NCBI GenBank assembly: GCA_000182565.2
Contig: KQ257450.1
Length of the DNA: 64,000 nucleotides
Reading direction: 5' to 3' (one strand)
Source: Spizellomyces punctatus DAOM BR117
Taxonomy: Eukaryota
Under the pieces are notes generated by a model that was not told where the DNA came from, did not search any database, and was given only the letters and a program-made list of their open reading frames with translations. Below, piece after piece: positions 14,901 through 27,911 of this stretch. Positions within the stretch are counted from its first letter, which is position 1, and each line of letters begins with the position of its first letter. Made by a program: the position numbers and the translations under genes.

Positions 14901-15591
14901 AAAGTATAATGTTGTCATTGAATTACAAAAAGGAAATAATGGTGGATTTTAAAGTCACAAGCCTAGATATAACAGAGTCTCCGACTGGGGAATTGCGACT
15001 GTATGCTGGAACGGCCACCCGCTTTAAGGTCGTGGACCTCCAAACTGTGACAGTCGAAGAAATTGTGGTACCTGGCGTCCCAGAGGACAAGTTGGGCCCA
15101 CCAGTCCGAGGTGTCTTGTATTCGCAGCTGTTTGTATTATGCTATGAACGTAAGTCTGAATGTGTTGTTGGGTGATTTCAACTTACCGTTACGGTTGTTG
15201 CTCACTGTTTTAAACAATCTTGATTGTAGATATGGGAATAATGACAAAGCTACATCTCAACATGAAAGAGAATCGGACACTAACATGGCGAAACTCACTG
15301 ACGTTCTCAGGTAAATCATCCTTGTTGCGATGCAAAGGAATAAGATTCATATCATTGACCCTACCTATAGGTAAACTGGGCGATGACTACCTCGTAGCGG
15401 GTTCCACAGCCGTTGTGGACGTAATTAACAGCGAAACAGGCAAAATTGTCCATGTTTTCGAAACAAAACGAGACAAGATACGATCTCTGAACCTTCTCGT
15501 ATGTAAAGGGGAGAAACTATTCCTATTAGCAGAGGAAGAGAAGGATGGGATGAAGACGGCTTCGATTATATTGATTGAACTGAGTCAATGA
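11947..15591 (+). CDS. STE20/GCK-family Ser/Thr kinase (MAP4K-like) with C-terminal CNH domain, many short exons
   Basis: [61 protein letters not shown]-like [38 protein letters not shown]. Confidence 0.9.
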
Positions 15592-15745
15592 AATGTGATA
15601 CAATGAAAACTGTGCTTTGAACACGGGTGGAGTCGTGCTTGGGTGATTCAGAGGTTTCCGACGTCCGACAGCCTACGCATCGTGTCAGTGAGCAAATTTA
15701 CATGCATTATGTATATCAGTAGATCGTATGAGTCCTCGCTTGCTA

Positions 15746-16391
15746 CTAGCTCTCTAACTTGCTGATAGCTTCATCAATGTCTGCTATATGGGACTTCAAT
15801 GTTGTCCAAGCAGCGGGAGAAATCGCAATTCCTGGAAGAGTCAATTGGAGAGCTAAGCAAGAACATCATCCATCATTTGGTCGATATAGCCTGAGGTACC
15901 TTTCTTTCCAGGTTTTTCTTTTCCATCATTTTTATCCGTATAAACTACGGTAGCCAACAGGCATATACAATTAGACTCTAAAGTTGCGCCTGTGGATTAC
16001 ACTTTATCACTCACATTCACGTATCCCAATCAGGGTAAGGTTCTTGAACTTGGATGCCGATGTGACTGGTAATTAGTAAACTTCGAAATAGGTAGGTACG
16101 TGGGAAGACTGCAAAACAGCACACCTTCTGGACAGTCAGTTTTTTCTTCCCATCCAAAGGAAGAACATATTCTCCATCCTTTCCAGTTTTCGAGTCGTTT
16201 TCGCCCTCTTTGGACTGTTTGGTGGGATCCTTAACCTTTGTTGCCCCCTGCTGTGCAGCAGCTTTCACCTTCTTCTTCGGAGCTACTTCTTCTGCAGAAT
16301 CCCCGCCATCTAGGTCCTCATCATCGTATGCGTCGAAGACATCCTCCTCTGAGTCTTCAACGTATTTTGCTGACTTGGTTTTGCGCTTCAT
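15746..16391 (-). CDS. SUB1: Transcriptional coactivator PC4/Sub1
   Basis: Acidic/basic N-terminus, then spliced LDGKKKLTVQK|FKNLTLIGIRE...KPGKK|GIAISPAAWTTLKSHIADIDEAI. Confidence 0.85.
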
Positions 16392-16756
16392 GATCTGATC
16401 TAAGAATGTGCGTTCCTGGGCGTATCGTGCACAAGAGCATGTCGTCACGTGTTTTAGTCCGACCTAACCGGACAGAAGTTTTACGTAACGTATCCCGCAG
16501 CTACAGTAGATCCCCGTCATATTATCTGCAAATCGTTTTGGTATGTCATACTGAGTCCCCTATAGCAAAGTCTTGATGCAGCAGTGACACGATGAGTTAT
16601 GTCCTATGACACCACTGCAAGCCTCCTGTATGTAATCTGCCTGTCCAAAAGTTGCGGGATGTTCTGTGGAGTATATAAATCAGTCGGCAGGAGTTGTTAC
16701 CCCCACCATCTTTTCCAGCCTCATCTTTCCACACTTTGGTTATTCGTAACGTCAAC

Positions 16757-17781
16757 ATGCCTGAACCCACCCACGGAGGCGAGATGGCCCGGAAATATAT
16801 CAAGGAAGTCAGCGATGCCAATATGGACGATTGTATCAGGTCGGCCAGCTTCAACGCTGATGTTCAAGAGGTAGGTAGTAGGCATATTCACCGACCTATC
16901 CAGGTGCGTGATGTAGCATGTTGTTTTGACGATAACACTTCCAGGCCATTAGCAAGCATGTCAACCTGGAACTTAGAAGCTGGTACGCTTTTAAGAAGCT
17001 CGCCGCAGACAGTTCTCGCGCTGATGTTAACCTTCATGGGTTCGCCTTGTAAGTCTCCACCGTGTCGTATCTACATACTACGTCTTACATGATTCGCACG
17101 ACTGTCTCTAGATTGTTTGAAAAATCGGCACTGGAGTGCTTAGCAGATGCCTGTTACCTTGAGAAGGTAAGAAAGGTACAGAACATATCATGGCAGAATC
17201 CAACGGTTTGTAACAGTCCATTTCATCCGTTTGGGTAGTATGCAATCCAGCGTGGAGGAAAAGCGCATCCCATGGTAAGGAGAAAATATTGTGTCCCTTT
17301 CATTGTCAACGATCTAACTAGGTGTGACAAAACGCAGGACATTCCGGCTCCCAAGATCGAGTACAGTACGCACCCGATCGATGGAATTCGCCCTATACAA
17401 GACGCGCTGCATATCCAAAAGGCGATTTTCGAAGACTGCCAGCGTCTCACGGAAGTCGCCGGCCAGAACAAAGATTATGCCTTGATGGATGTTGTCGAGT
17501 CTCGTTTCCTGTGCAAGGAGACCAAGCATGTCAAGGATTTAGGGGACCTCCTTAGGGAAGTTGCGAGGGTTTCAAAGAATCCTGGCCATGGTGAGTGGAA
17601 CTGTTGCGCTTTCTTTCAGATTTCAACTCCCCAACACCCGTCTGCAGGACTCTTCCACCTTGATAAAGAGCTCCTTAAGAACAAAGGACGAATTCCGTGG
17701 ACTTGTCACAATTTACCTGAGAGCGCCGATTTGGTTCTAAAGGAGATGGCTTGTAGCCTTGGCGAACCGAGTGCCATTTGA
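16757..17781 (+). CDS. Ferritin-like protein (animal/plant-type fold), multi-exon
   Basis: Spliced: AISKHVNLELRSWYAF...DVNLHGFALLFEKSALEC...KYAIQRGG...ALHIQKAI...DYALMDVVESRFL..VKDLGD...GLFHLDKEL matches ferritin helices A-E. Confidence 0.85.
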
Positions 17782-17939
17782 CTGCTGTGGTACATTGAAC
17801 TCTCGATGCGCTCTCTTGCTTTTCTTGTCATTGTAGATGTTATGCATGCCTTGCCCCGCTTGTATTTGATATGAAATTTCATGCAATAAAACTTGCCTTG
17901 AGGTCCCCCTACCACGTCACTAAATAACTGCTTTAAACT

Positions 17940-19118
17940 CTAACCTTTTCTAATCCCAAATTCTCTACAAAGAGTGCGTTCTACATAACTGCTAGGATAC
18001 GAAAATGAATGCCTTACGCCTTCTGGTATCTCGGCAAGCCGTGACGATCGCTCCAGATCTATTAAACATTGTAGCATTGCAGCGAGCTGCTCGTCTTGGT
18101 GGAGGCCCGTACGTACCATGGCATCAATAAACAACAGACGTACTGCTCGTAAAGCGGATAATGAGTCTACCATTTGAGTGCACTCGTTCGAGGGAACTCT
18201 TGGGCTGTGAGCAGGACGGGTAAGATATCTCCAGGAGGTTTCGCCGAACACGTTTGCCATATCTATCTCAACAACAGGCGGGTTGTATTTTCCTCGTCGC
18301 CAAAGCTTAGCGACGTTGATTAAGTGACCCATGGTTGAGCTGTTTTTCATCTGATTCCAAGTTTGTGCGTCCATTGTGCGGCGCCATACATGAAGGCGAT
18401 TTAGACAGTGTTCGGCTCTTTCCAGCGCTGCAGAGGTTGTTACATCTGTTACATGATACTTTCGATACTTCGGACCGAATTTGTGCCAAACGGAAGACCA
18501 AACATCGGATAAGATGGTCGCTATCCGGTACTGGATGAACGTGCGCATTGTCTCAAGCGGGATGTTTGTAGTGCTGGACTCACACCGGGCCTTCTTGGTG
18601 TCACCATAAAGATCGTTCAGCGATTGCTGCAAGATGTCCACCTCCGCCAGCGCCTGGTCCATTTTTGCTGCTAGTATCTTGTTATACTTGAAATAACGTG
18701 CAGGGATGCTTGAAACGACAAACAACAGAGCTTCAATTCCGACATCAAGGTCTGTGTTCGGTTCCTTTTTTTCCATTACAGCTGAAACATCGAACGTAGG
18801 TGTTGGAGCTTCAAGCTTCGGTCTGGGAAAGGTGTTTCCTCCTTGTTTGTCAGCAGTAGGCTTGCAGTCCTTTGCCATACCTTCCGCATCTATGGAGTCG
18901 TCCCAAACCACGTCGCTTTTGCTTGTTAGCTCGTACAACCCGGCAACCACGCTAGCATCCGGTTCCTGGGCGGAGTAGGCTTTAGTGGGATCCGAAATCC
19001 CGCGCAAACTTGGGCTTGCCCGAAAGGGAATCTTCAGGGCTGTACATATAAATCTTATAGTCGACGGACTGCGAATAGGACCATATGTAGTGGAACCATG
19101 AATGATTTTGATGGCCAT
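17940..19118 (-). CDS. Intronless hypothetical protein (392 aa)
   Basis: Long uninterrupted ORF with ATG and stop; no family recognised. Confidence 0.6.
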   Translation of the reverse strand: MAIKIIHGSTTYGPIRSPSTIRFICTALKIPFRASPSLRGISDPTKAYSAQEPDASVVAGLYELTSKSDVVWDDSIDAEGMAKDCKPTADKQGGNTFPRPKLEAPTPTFDVSAVMEKKEPNTDLDVGIEALLFVVSSIPARYFKYNKILAAKMDQALAEVDILQQSLNDLYGDTKKARCESSTTNIPLETMRTFIQYRIATILSDVWSSVWHKFGPKYRKYHVTDVTTSAALERAEHCLNRLHVWRRTMDAQTWNQMKNSSTMGHLINVAKLWRRGKYNPPVVEIDMANVFGETSWRYLTRPAHSPRVPSNECTQMVDSLSALRAVRLLFIDAMVRTGLHQDEQLAAMLQCLIDLERSSRLAEIPEGVRHSFSYPSSYVERTLCREFGIRKG

Positions 19119-20002
19119 ATCCCATACACAAGTTGCTGGATGGCTGACAACATTATCTTGTTGTGCGCATCAATACGTTGATGGGGGCATCGTATCTGAG
19201 GGTCCACTGGTTTGCATTGTTTACGGGATCCACTGGCTTTCTCGGACTGCGTTGATGTCAATGAAGCTTGCGCTTGTTTTACATACTTCTAACACATGCA
19301 TGTGGGAGGGCCTTGCTTGAGGTATTCCTTCCGAGCTACACAGATCCAGTAACAAGTGTTTATTTGTAGTGCGAAAACGGCGGAAATGTCACTGTATAAT
19401 ATACACATCCCTACACCCTTGAGCTATATCAGTTCTAACATATTTCTAGATTACCCAGTCTATCCCTCAATGTCCTTGTCCTAAAATGGAAATGTTAGGT
19501 TGCTGCACAAAGTTGAAGAAGTGAGGTCACCAAGCAGATACGGTGGTTCAGTAGAGGAACGCGATCAAGCCCGTAATTATAGTAGCAGCTTGCTTGTCAA
19601 ATGGAGAGGGGTGAACATGGCCGTGACCTATCGCAACAGAACAAGGACAAATGCACTGTTAAACTTGGGAGTCTGTGGCAATAATCGACCTTGAGTGATG
19701 AAAGCAGAACAAGAATTGGGGGAAGGGAGAGAGCAGCCTTTAATGCCCACGAGGACAGATCACCATTCCAGCGTCAGGATAATTGATAGATATTCTTATT
19801 ATTGATTTCTTTATTACATATCACCAACTCTTGGGCCCTTCTTTGTGTATGCTCATATAATGGTGAATCCGGTGTGGGTCGAGTTAACTTGGAAATATCG
19901 ATGGAGCTAATTATGCTTAGGCAATCAGCCAAGGTTGAAAGCACCTGATGACTCACGCCTGGCCGTTGTCGTTGGGACCATTGAATTCCATACATCAGCA
20001 AC

Positions 20003-20893
20003 ATGAGCTCCCCTTCATCTTTCTCTCCCTATCAGCCACCCCCAGCAGAGCCTCGTATCGGAGCGGGAGGTTATCAACAGGGAGGGGTAGCACCATCAAC
20101 ATCCGTCCACCCACCATCTTCCTCATCCACTCCCCGCGGTTACGGCGCTCCCCCATACCAAGCATCACAGCAGCAAGATGCGGCAGAGCGCGTAAATAAG
20201 TATGAGACCAGTTTGGGTGCCAGGGTAGACATTGAGGCAGCGTTGTGTTATGTACTTGGTTGTGTCACAGGTGGGGTCTACTGTCACGTCCCTCAGATGT
20301 CAATAAAACGGGGCTGAACCGCAGCTGCTTTTAGGTGTTCTTTTCTTGATTCTTGAAACAAAAAATGATTATGTTCGGTCAGTAGCTGCACTCGGGCTCT
20401 AGCGCATATCGCTGCTATGCTACCTTCTGCTGCCGTCACTTTACGTTAGGCCTCGCACATCTAATTTATCGATACAATCGTAGATTTCACGCCTGGCAAT
20501 CCGCTATCACCTTTGTTGGCATCCTGGTATGTACAGATTGCCTTCTGTTCTCTTTGAAATATGTGTACTAACGTAGTGCATGTGAAGGGTGTCCAATTTT
20601 TTTTCAGTTTGTTCTCCGCAACGACACTGGTGTGGTTAATTTTCCTGGTTGAAGTTGCATTAGCTGCTTGGCTGGCGTAAGTAGCGATCACTGAGATGTC
20701 TTTTGAAGGCTCCGTTCTAAACTGAACGAATGCTCGATAGTTATCAGGCGTATGTAAATGCAGATTCATTGGATCGATATCAGTTACCGTATATTGGAGA
20801 GGTCAGTCAGATTGGATGCGCAAGTTAAGGATATTTCTCACCATCCTCCATGTCAACCCCCAGATTGCATCACAGTGGGTGGATAGCGAGTAA
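20003..20893 (+). CDS. Small membrane protein, DUF4870/Tic20-like, multi-exon
   Basis: Spliced: ETSLGARVDIEAALCYVLGCVTGVLFLILETKNDYVRFHAWQS...YQLPYIGEIASQWVDSE*. Confidence 0.65.
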
Positions 20894-21276
20894 GGGCTAG
20901 AACTTTGAGCTGGGATGTGATCATCGTAGTGTAGTTAGCTATGCTTTGAGAAGCAGTCATAATGCAAGTAGTATTCGCTTTTTGTAAATAACCCAGAACG
21001 TTTCCACAAGCACCAATGGAAGCCCATGATTCTCGCTGCCGTCTTTTGCTGGCAAAGTGGTGATCAGCCATGTTTGCCTTGACAAGAGATCGTGGGGAGG
21101 TAAAAATGAACAGCGTTATCGCCTTTGTTTATACACCTGCATGAGTCACGAACGTAACTGGTGAAGCATTGACGGCCATGCCTCTTCGCTTTCTCCCCAT
21201 TTCCTTTCGTCGCACTTCCCACCTGGTGAGCTTGCATCTTCCTCGCGCTCTTTATCGTAGGCACGTCACAACAGCC

Positions 21277-23772
21277 ATGACCTCAAAACACTTTCTTGCT
21301 GGTGGGTGTTACTGGCGGTGGTAAAGTGTGAACTCGTTTTTCATCTCCCATTCTACAGACACCGATGCTCCCATCTGCCGCCTCGAAGCCAAGCAGCACT
21401 TCGAATCGTTGACGGAAAAGGAACAACTGTATGCCCACTATGTTGGACGTGCATCCTGGGAGGGTGCTCGCATCCTGTCAACAACGATATCTCGCGAGGC
21501 TCCGTTGTTGTACAGTTTGTTCATTGAAATATTTACGGACAAAGATAACTCTGGAAACATCCCACGCATGAAAGACATATTGCCGCTCAAAGCCAAGGCG
21601 GAGGTGTCTGACGATGCGTGGAAGTATTTCTTAGAGTATGCAGCACAGGTAGTGGTGGACACGCCAGATGTTTGCCGAGACCTTCTTTAACCTCAGTATA
21701 TCACGCTACAGGTCTTGAACAACCTGGGAAACTACAAGAGTTTTGGCGACACAAAGTTCTTGCCTCGCTTGTCTGTTAATGATTTCGAAAAGATTGTAAG
21801 AGCGTCCGGATCTGAAACAGCAGTCAAGCTATTTGAGCAAGTGCGGGACGCCGTATACGCGGCAGAACCAGATGCGCAATTGCTGATTGGATTTCCGGCT
21901 GAGGGACACGTATCTGGGTATTATTCGCCAAACATTTCAAAGCACGATGTTCAACTTGTGCAAGCGTTACTCGAACAAAAAAACATCTCTGCACTCAATA
22001 CACGTCTCTTCAAACTGTCCGAGAACGAGTACGAGGTGAGGATCGCATCAGCCAAAGTAACAAAATCGCCCGAGACTTTCGAGATATCGGAGGGGAAAGT
22101 TGTCAAGGTTATATATGGCGACTTCGCAGACAACATGACCAAAATTGCAGACAACATTCGACTGGCCATTCCGTATGCTGCCAATGACCATCAGAAAAAA
22201 ATGTTGGAAGCATACGCAGAATCCTTTAGCACTGGTTCTATTGACGCACACAAAGAAAGTCAAAGACACTGGATTCGCGATGTTGGGCCAAACGGTAGGT
22301 ACCCTCCTCTCCAATTGATGCGAGTATTGACTCATACACTTTCATTGAAATAGTTGAGAGCAACATTGGGTTTATTGAGACTTACAGGGACCCGGCAGGT
22401 GTCAGGGCGGAATGGGAAGGTTTCGTGGCAGTAGTCAACAAGGAGATGACCCAAAAGTTTGAGAAACTAGTCGACAGTGCCGAAACTTACGTTGGGCGCC
22501 TTCCGTGGGCAAAAGAATTCGAGAAAGACAAATTCAACAAACCTGACTTTACTAGCCTTGAAGTGGTGACCTTTGCCACATCTGGTACGCCTCCAGCAGG
22601 CATCAACATTCCCAACGTAAGTCCGTAAATGACTGAAGCGAGAATTTGCTGTTAATAAGCTCCTGTTTGTCAGTACGATGATATTCGAATGACGGAAGGC
22701 TTTAAGAATGTATCGCTTGGAAACGTTCTAAGCGCAAAGGCACTAAACGAGAAGGTCACGTTCATTAAGTCTGATGATTTGGCCGTGTACGACAAGTACC
22801 GGGGTCCGGCGTTCGAGGTGCAAGTTGGTTTGCACGAGCTCTTGGGTAGATATCACCATTGCAGGCAGACATGATTCGGAGAGACTCCGCGATTAACCTA
22901 AACGCTTTCAGGCCACGGCAGTGGAAAGCTGCTTCAAGAAGAGGCACCCGGCAAATTTAACTTTGACCACACCAACCCTCCTATCTCTCCTCTAACTGGC
23001 AAACCAGTAACGACATGGTACAAACCAGGAGAAACCTGGGGATCTGTTTTCAAAGCCGCTGCGGCATCATACGAGGGTAAATCTACATCTACCTACAACG
23101 TCCTACTTGTTTTCTGAAAGCTAAAGGATTGCTTGCGATTAGAATGCCGTGCTGAATCCGTGGCCATGTACTTGTGTGTTGACAGAGAAATTCTGAACAT
23201 TTTCGGACATGGTGAAGAGCAGGAGGCATCCGATATCATTTACGTCTGCTATCTTCAAATGGCGCGCGCCGGCCTCCTCGCGCTGGAGTTTTACGGTAAG
23301 TTCAGCATCGGGAGAATATGTTGCGCGTGCCGTTGATCATGTTTCTTTGTTATCAGATCCCAAATCGAAGAAATGGGGGCAGGCCCATATGCAAGCCCGC
23401 TATGCCATTCTACAAGTTTTCTTGCAAGCTGGCCTTGTGAGAATTGAGGAAACGGGTGCGGACGACCTGCTCATTCATCTTGATCGCAGTAAAATCGAAA
23501 CCGTGGGGGTGAAAGCAGTCGGTGACTTCCTGGCTAAGCTCCAAATCTACAAGGCAACTGCAGATGCCGATAACGGACTTGCGTTTTACACTAAACAAAC
23601 GACGGTATCCGATGACTGGATAAAGTACCGTGAAATCGTGTTGGCTCAAAAGCAACCGCGAAAAGTGTTCTTGCAAGGAAACACCTTTATTCAAGACGGA
23701 AAAGCAGTGTTCAAAGAATACCCTGTTACTCTAGAAGGATTCATCCAGTCTTTTGTAGAGAGAAACGTGTAG
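21277..23772 (+). CDS. DPP3: Dipeptidyl peptidase III (M49)
   Basis: [33 protein letters not shown] zinc motif, [15 protein letters not shown]. Confidence 0.95.
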
Positions 23773-24027
23773 AATTTGGGTGCATTTTCAGAGTAGAATG
23801 GATTAGAAAGATCATTATCCCCCTCCCCGCCGCCAAATACAGCGCTCGAAATATTTAGTGACCGTTGGCACATATTGTCGACTGAACTATGTGAATCAAA
23901 TAGCAAATTTATTACAATAATATGTATCACATGTAGCAGAGTATCAATGCTGTGAAGCGCCCGACGTTGCGGTCGTACGAATGACCTGCTGAACCATATT
24001 GGTTGAGGCTGTTTGGAGGTCGATAGT

Positions 24028-27000
24028 TCAACGTCTATCTCTTCGGGCTCCCGCACCAATGGAATCTCGAAAATTTGAAAAAGTCATGTCGTCATCGTCG
24101 TCCAGTACAACGGCTCGCTGTTGCGATGCCCCAAAATTCAGTTTACTTTGACGTGACTTGCCACTGGTAGTGGTCGTACGCTTGGCTAATGGGGCTGGGC
24201 TTGTCGTTGAAATAGACCTGCAAATTCTTTTAGCAAGAAGGAAATTAGAGCAAGGTCAGTCCAATTCTCACGTTGGTAATTTACGCTTCCGGGTGGATGT
24301 CGGTACAGGAGTAGATGATGTCTTTGCCGATGCCGGAATATCGTCGTCGATATCTTCAATCCCATCGTCGTCTTGGTCGTCCACCACCTGGAGGAATTAT
24401 ATCTTCAGCTTCAAGCAATCGTACTGAACACAATGGCAACCACGGACCTTTGCAGTCGTCAGTGGACTTCGAGTGCTTTTTGAACTTGAGCCAACCCGTC
24501 CTCGTCCTCGCCCCCTTCCTCGCCCTCTAGCCGTAGTAGCTTTGCTTTTAGCTGTTCTCTTCGTGTTGTTACTCGCTGCAGTTGCAGGCGCATCATCATC
24601 GTCATCTGAATCGATTACCACTGCACGGTCCACATCATCTTCCTCGTCATTGCTCCCTTTGTTCGACGTTGTGGATGTGCGCTTCGATGCTTTCTAGAGA
24701 AACCCTTTAAAGTTATTCAAAATTCCGAAAGCGGCCTCCGTGAATGTTACCCGTGCAACGTACATTTCGGGACGTCGAAATGAGTCCTCCGGTAGCCTTT
24801 CTTCTATCACTTTCAGCTGCAAACTCTTCAAATCTCTTTTTCTTTTCTTTTTCAATCTTCATATAGAACTTCTTGTAAGAATCAAGCTACGAAGACGCTA
24901 TTTCGACTGATGATCCCAATACCTCTTCTTTTATCGCATCATCATTGTCCACAGCAGACGGGTGGCGAGCGCTCAATGTTACGCGTGTTCGTTTCAAAGA
25001 TTCCACCACAAAACTTTTGCGAAAACCTTAGTCCGGAATGATCGCGAAGAGACAAAACTCCCTTTACAAAACTTACTCTTTGATGGCATCCTTATCGTCC
25101 TTTTCAACGAACATTCTGACCGCATCAGCGAGCTCATTCTCAGGCAGAATATCCAAATTCTGAGCATTCAGATACTCCGTTACTAAATCCTCTACCCTGA
25201 AATTTTCCAGTTTTTCGGGTAAGAATGCTTCAATATTAACGAGCTCCGACTTTTTCTTGGCTATAAGGATGAATGTCAACATAGTATTCATTTAATTTCC
25301 AGGCTTCCGATCGATGAGAGTGCTTCAGACTCTGCGCACCTGTTGCAATGGTGGAGGCTCTCTTCCGGTAAAACAGCAAGATATCCTTTGGATTTGCTAC
25401 TCGATTCACGAACACTTGTCCGAATCGCTGGGGATTAAATGTAGTAAATCCGCCGCCGTACTCCACCTGCATAGCACGTCACATCGTCAAACTTAAACCA
25501 TGCTTCTGCAACACAGATCATAGCGGTCATCTGATACCTTCAAGCGCACCAAAGGTTTGGGCCATTCAACTTCGGGTACGTCAGGGTTCAGCTCTTTCCA
25601 CTCGTTCATCGCAATGGTAATAAGCTCCGCCACCTGGTGTGGTAAGATACTTAGGTGGTTGAACCTTCACCACAACGCAGTGCGCGGCGCACTGACCTTG
25701 TCTTGAAGGAATTCATTGACCATGTTTTGATCTGTCGGTCGAAGTCCCTCCACTTCCTTCAGAATCACCTCGTCCATCACAAACGGTCGTACTTTCTTTA
25801 GGCGGATTCGATCCAGTTTGAATTCCGAGCCGCTTATACTCAAGAGGCCTACATGCCTGCAACATCACATCTGCGTAAGCTTACGCCTTTTCCTCCAGAA
25901 CCCGGAGCTTACTTAGGTACTGCTTCGCCTTCACAGAGAGATGTAGCAACAGAAGATCCAGGTTGGGTAATCCAGAAGTCTTGCACGGAATTACGAACCG
26001 GTTCTATTAGACACTCATGCTCGTGTCCCCAGAGGATCAGATTCAGGAATTCATCCAAAAAAGTCTCGGGTATAAAGTTGGTGGGGCCGTGCGCTATTCT
26101 TTTGGCGCAGAAAGATATTAGCTACGCACAATCACTGCGAAGTAATACCACCAACGATCGCAGGTTTTAAACTACCTGTTCTGATGTATTGCCATCAAAT
26201 TAAACCATTCATTCGTATCCTCCTGTGGTCGGTACATCTTGACCTTTTTTTTCTGAAACGTTCGATGAAGTCGCTCGTCTCGCACATTTCCCAATCCATA
26301 AAGCGCCAGCTTGCTTGTCCCTTTTTGCAGTAGAATTGGCTTTATAGAGATATCATCCACCTCAACTTGTTTCCCAAAGTAGTTCACCAATCCTGCTACG
26401 CTAAGAAGGTCTAATGCGCAAAGACTACCATCCTGATGGCAAGACGTAAACAAAAGGCTATGGCAGAGCACGAGTTAATGCTATCGGCTTACCCCCGACG
26501 GATCATCGTGGTTTCCGTGGATAGAAAATACTGGCATACCAATATTGAAGTTGGGATCTTGATAATTAACAGTAGCGAACCTGCTCCATACAAAGCTATA
26601 AACCTGTGTAGTTGCACAGGCAATGATGGGGCCCTACCGATTTGGGAAGTTTTCGTTCTGATCGCTCAAGAATTCCATCTGACATGGACGTTCCCCTAGG
26701 CAGTATTGCCTCAACAGCGTCATGGTGGTATGTAGACACTTCCGCGAAGGTTTGTTGTCATGAAAGAGGTCTCCGCCAAGCAATACAAAGTCCACCTGTT
26801 TTATGTGATTTGAAAAACTACACGCAGTCAACATAAAAACATAGCTAATACCTCATTTTCCTGTGCTAGCTGCAGGATTTCCTCAAAGGCCTCAAACGAA
26901 TCGTTTCCCCTTATAGGGTCCTTTTCCATATAGCCGACATGGTTATCGGTAGCAATGAGAATTTTAAACGTATTCGCGTTGGGATCTGCATTCCCATTGA

Positions 27001-27088
27001 GTTGCCCGATAGCAGCGTCCGGTTCAGTGTCCGCATCGGTTGAACGTGCACGACGAACTCGCACTTTACGTCCTTCCCCTCCTGTCAT
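24028..27088 (-). CDS. MRE11: Double-strand break repair nuclease Mre11
   Basis: [77 protein letters not shown]-terminal RG (GAR) repeat; start codon approximate. Confidence 0.95.
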
Positions 27089-27911
27089 TCCCACCGAGGA
27101 CGACGATATCTGAAGGTCCGCCCACCACTCTCGAATGAGTCATCTTTCATTAGGGTATCCATGGCAAATCTCATTGAAGATTTGTTAAAACGCATCTTTA
27201 GTGGTTGACCTTTAAGACGGACTCGATACCAAACATGTCAATATCCAGTATAACAGCATCGCTTGCAAAACTGTCAGTCGGTGCTGTTCCAAGAGCTCAC
27301 TGCGGTGTTGGGACTGCAAGGACCTTCAGGTGAGTAATTTAACTTGCTCCGTCTGACCGCCATGGCAAGTATGAGTGCTAAATTGTGTTGGACTAGCACC
27401 CTTTTCACCACTGGCATCACACGTTGCGCACCTGCAGCACCTACTTCTAGTATTTCACCCGTCGCCAGGTGAGTTCTTCTACTACCACATCTACAATCTG
27501 CTCCAGAAGAGTTTGTAGTGAACTGATACCGGTCATTTTACCACCAGCAACCTGCCTCTCTGTCCCTCAGCCGTACCGTCACCTTCTCCCTTTTTTTTGT
27601 CGCTTCGGCCTCGTTACAGAACATTTGGAAATGAGTACCGTCCCAGTAATCTCAAACGAAAAAGGAGACATGGCTTCTTGAAGCGATTGCGCACGCTCAA
27701 CGGCCGGAAAATGTTAAAGCGAAGAATGCTGAAAGGGCGGAAGTGGTTATCACACTAGAAATTGCATAGCCGCAGATGGCGAAGATTGATAAAGCGTTGG
27801 ATCAAGGCTGACTGTACAGTGGAAAGCACCATTGTCACAATGGAACAAATATTATATATTAGATTGAAATCAACAAATTCTCCCGAAGCAGATGCACAAG
27901 ATAGCACACCG

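Noticed and set aside
16502-16520. Pogo-like TIR TACAGTAGATCCCCG between SUB1 and ferritin
   Set aside because: No inverted partner or transposase seen.
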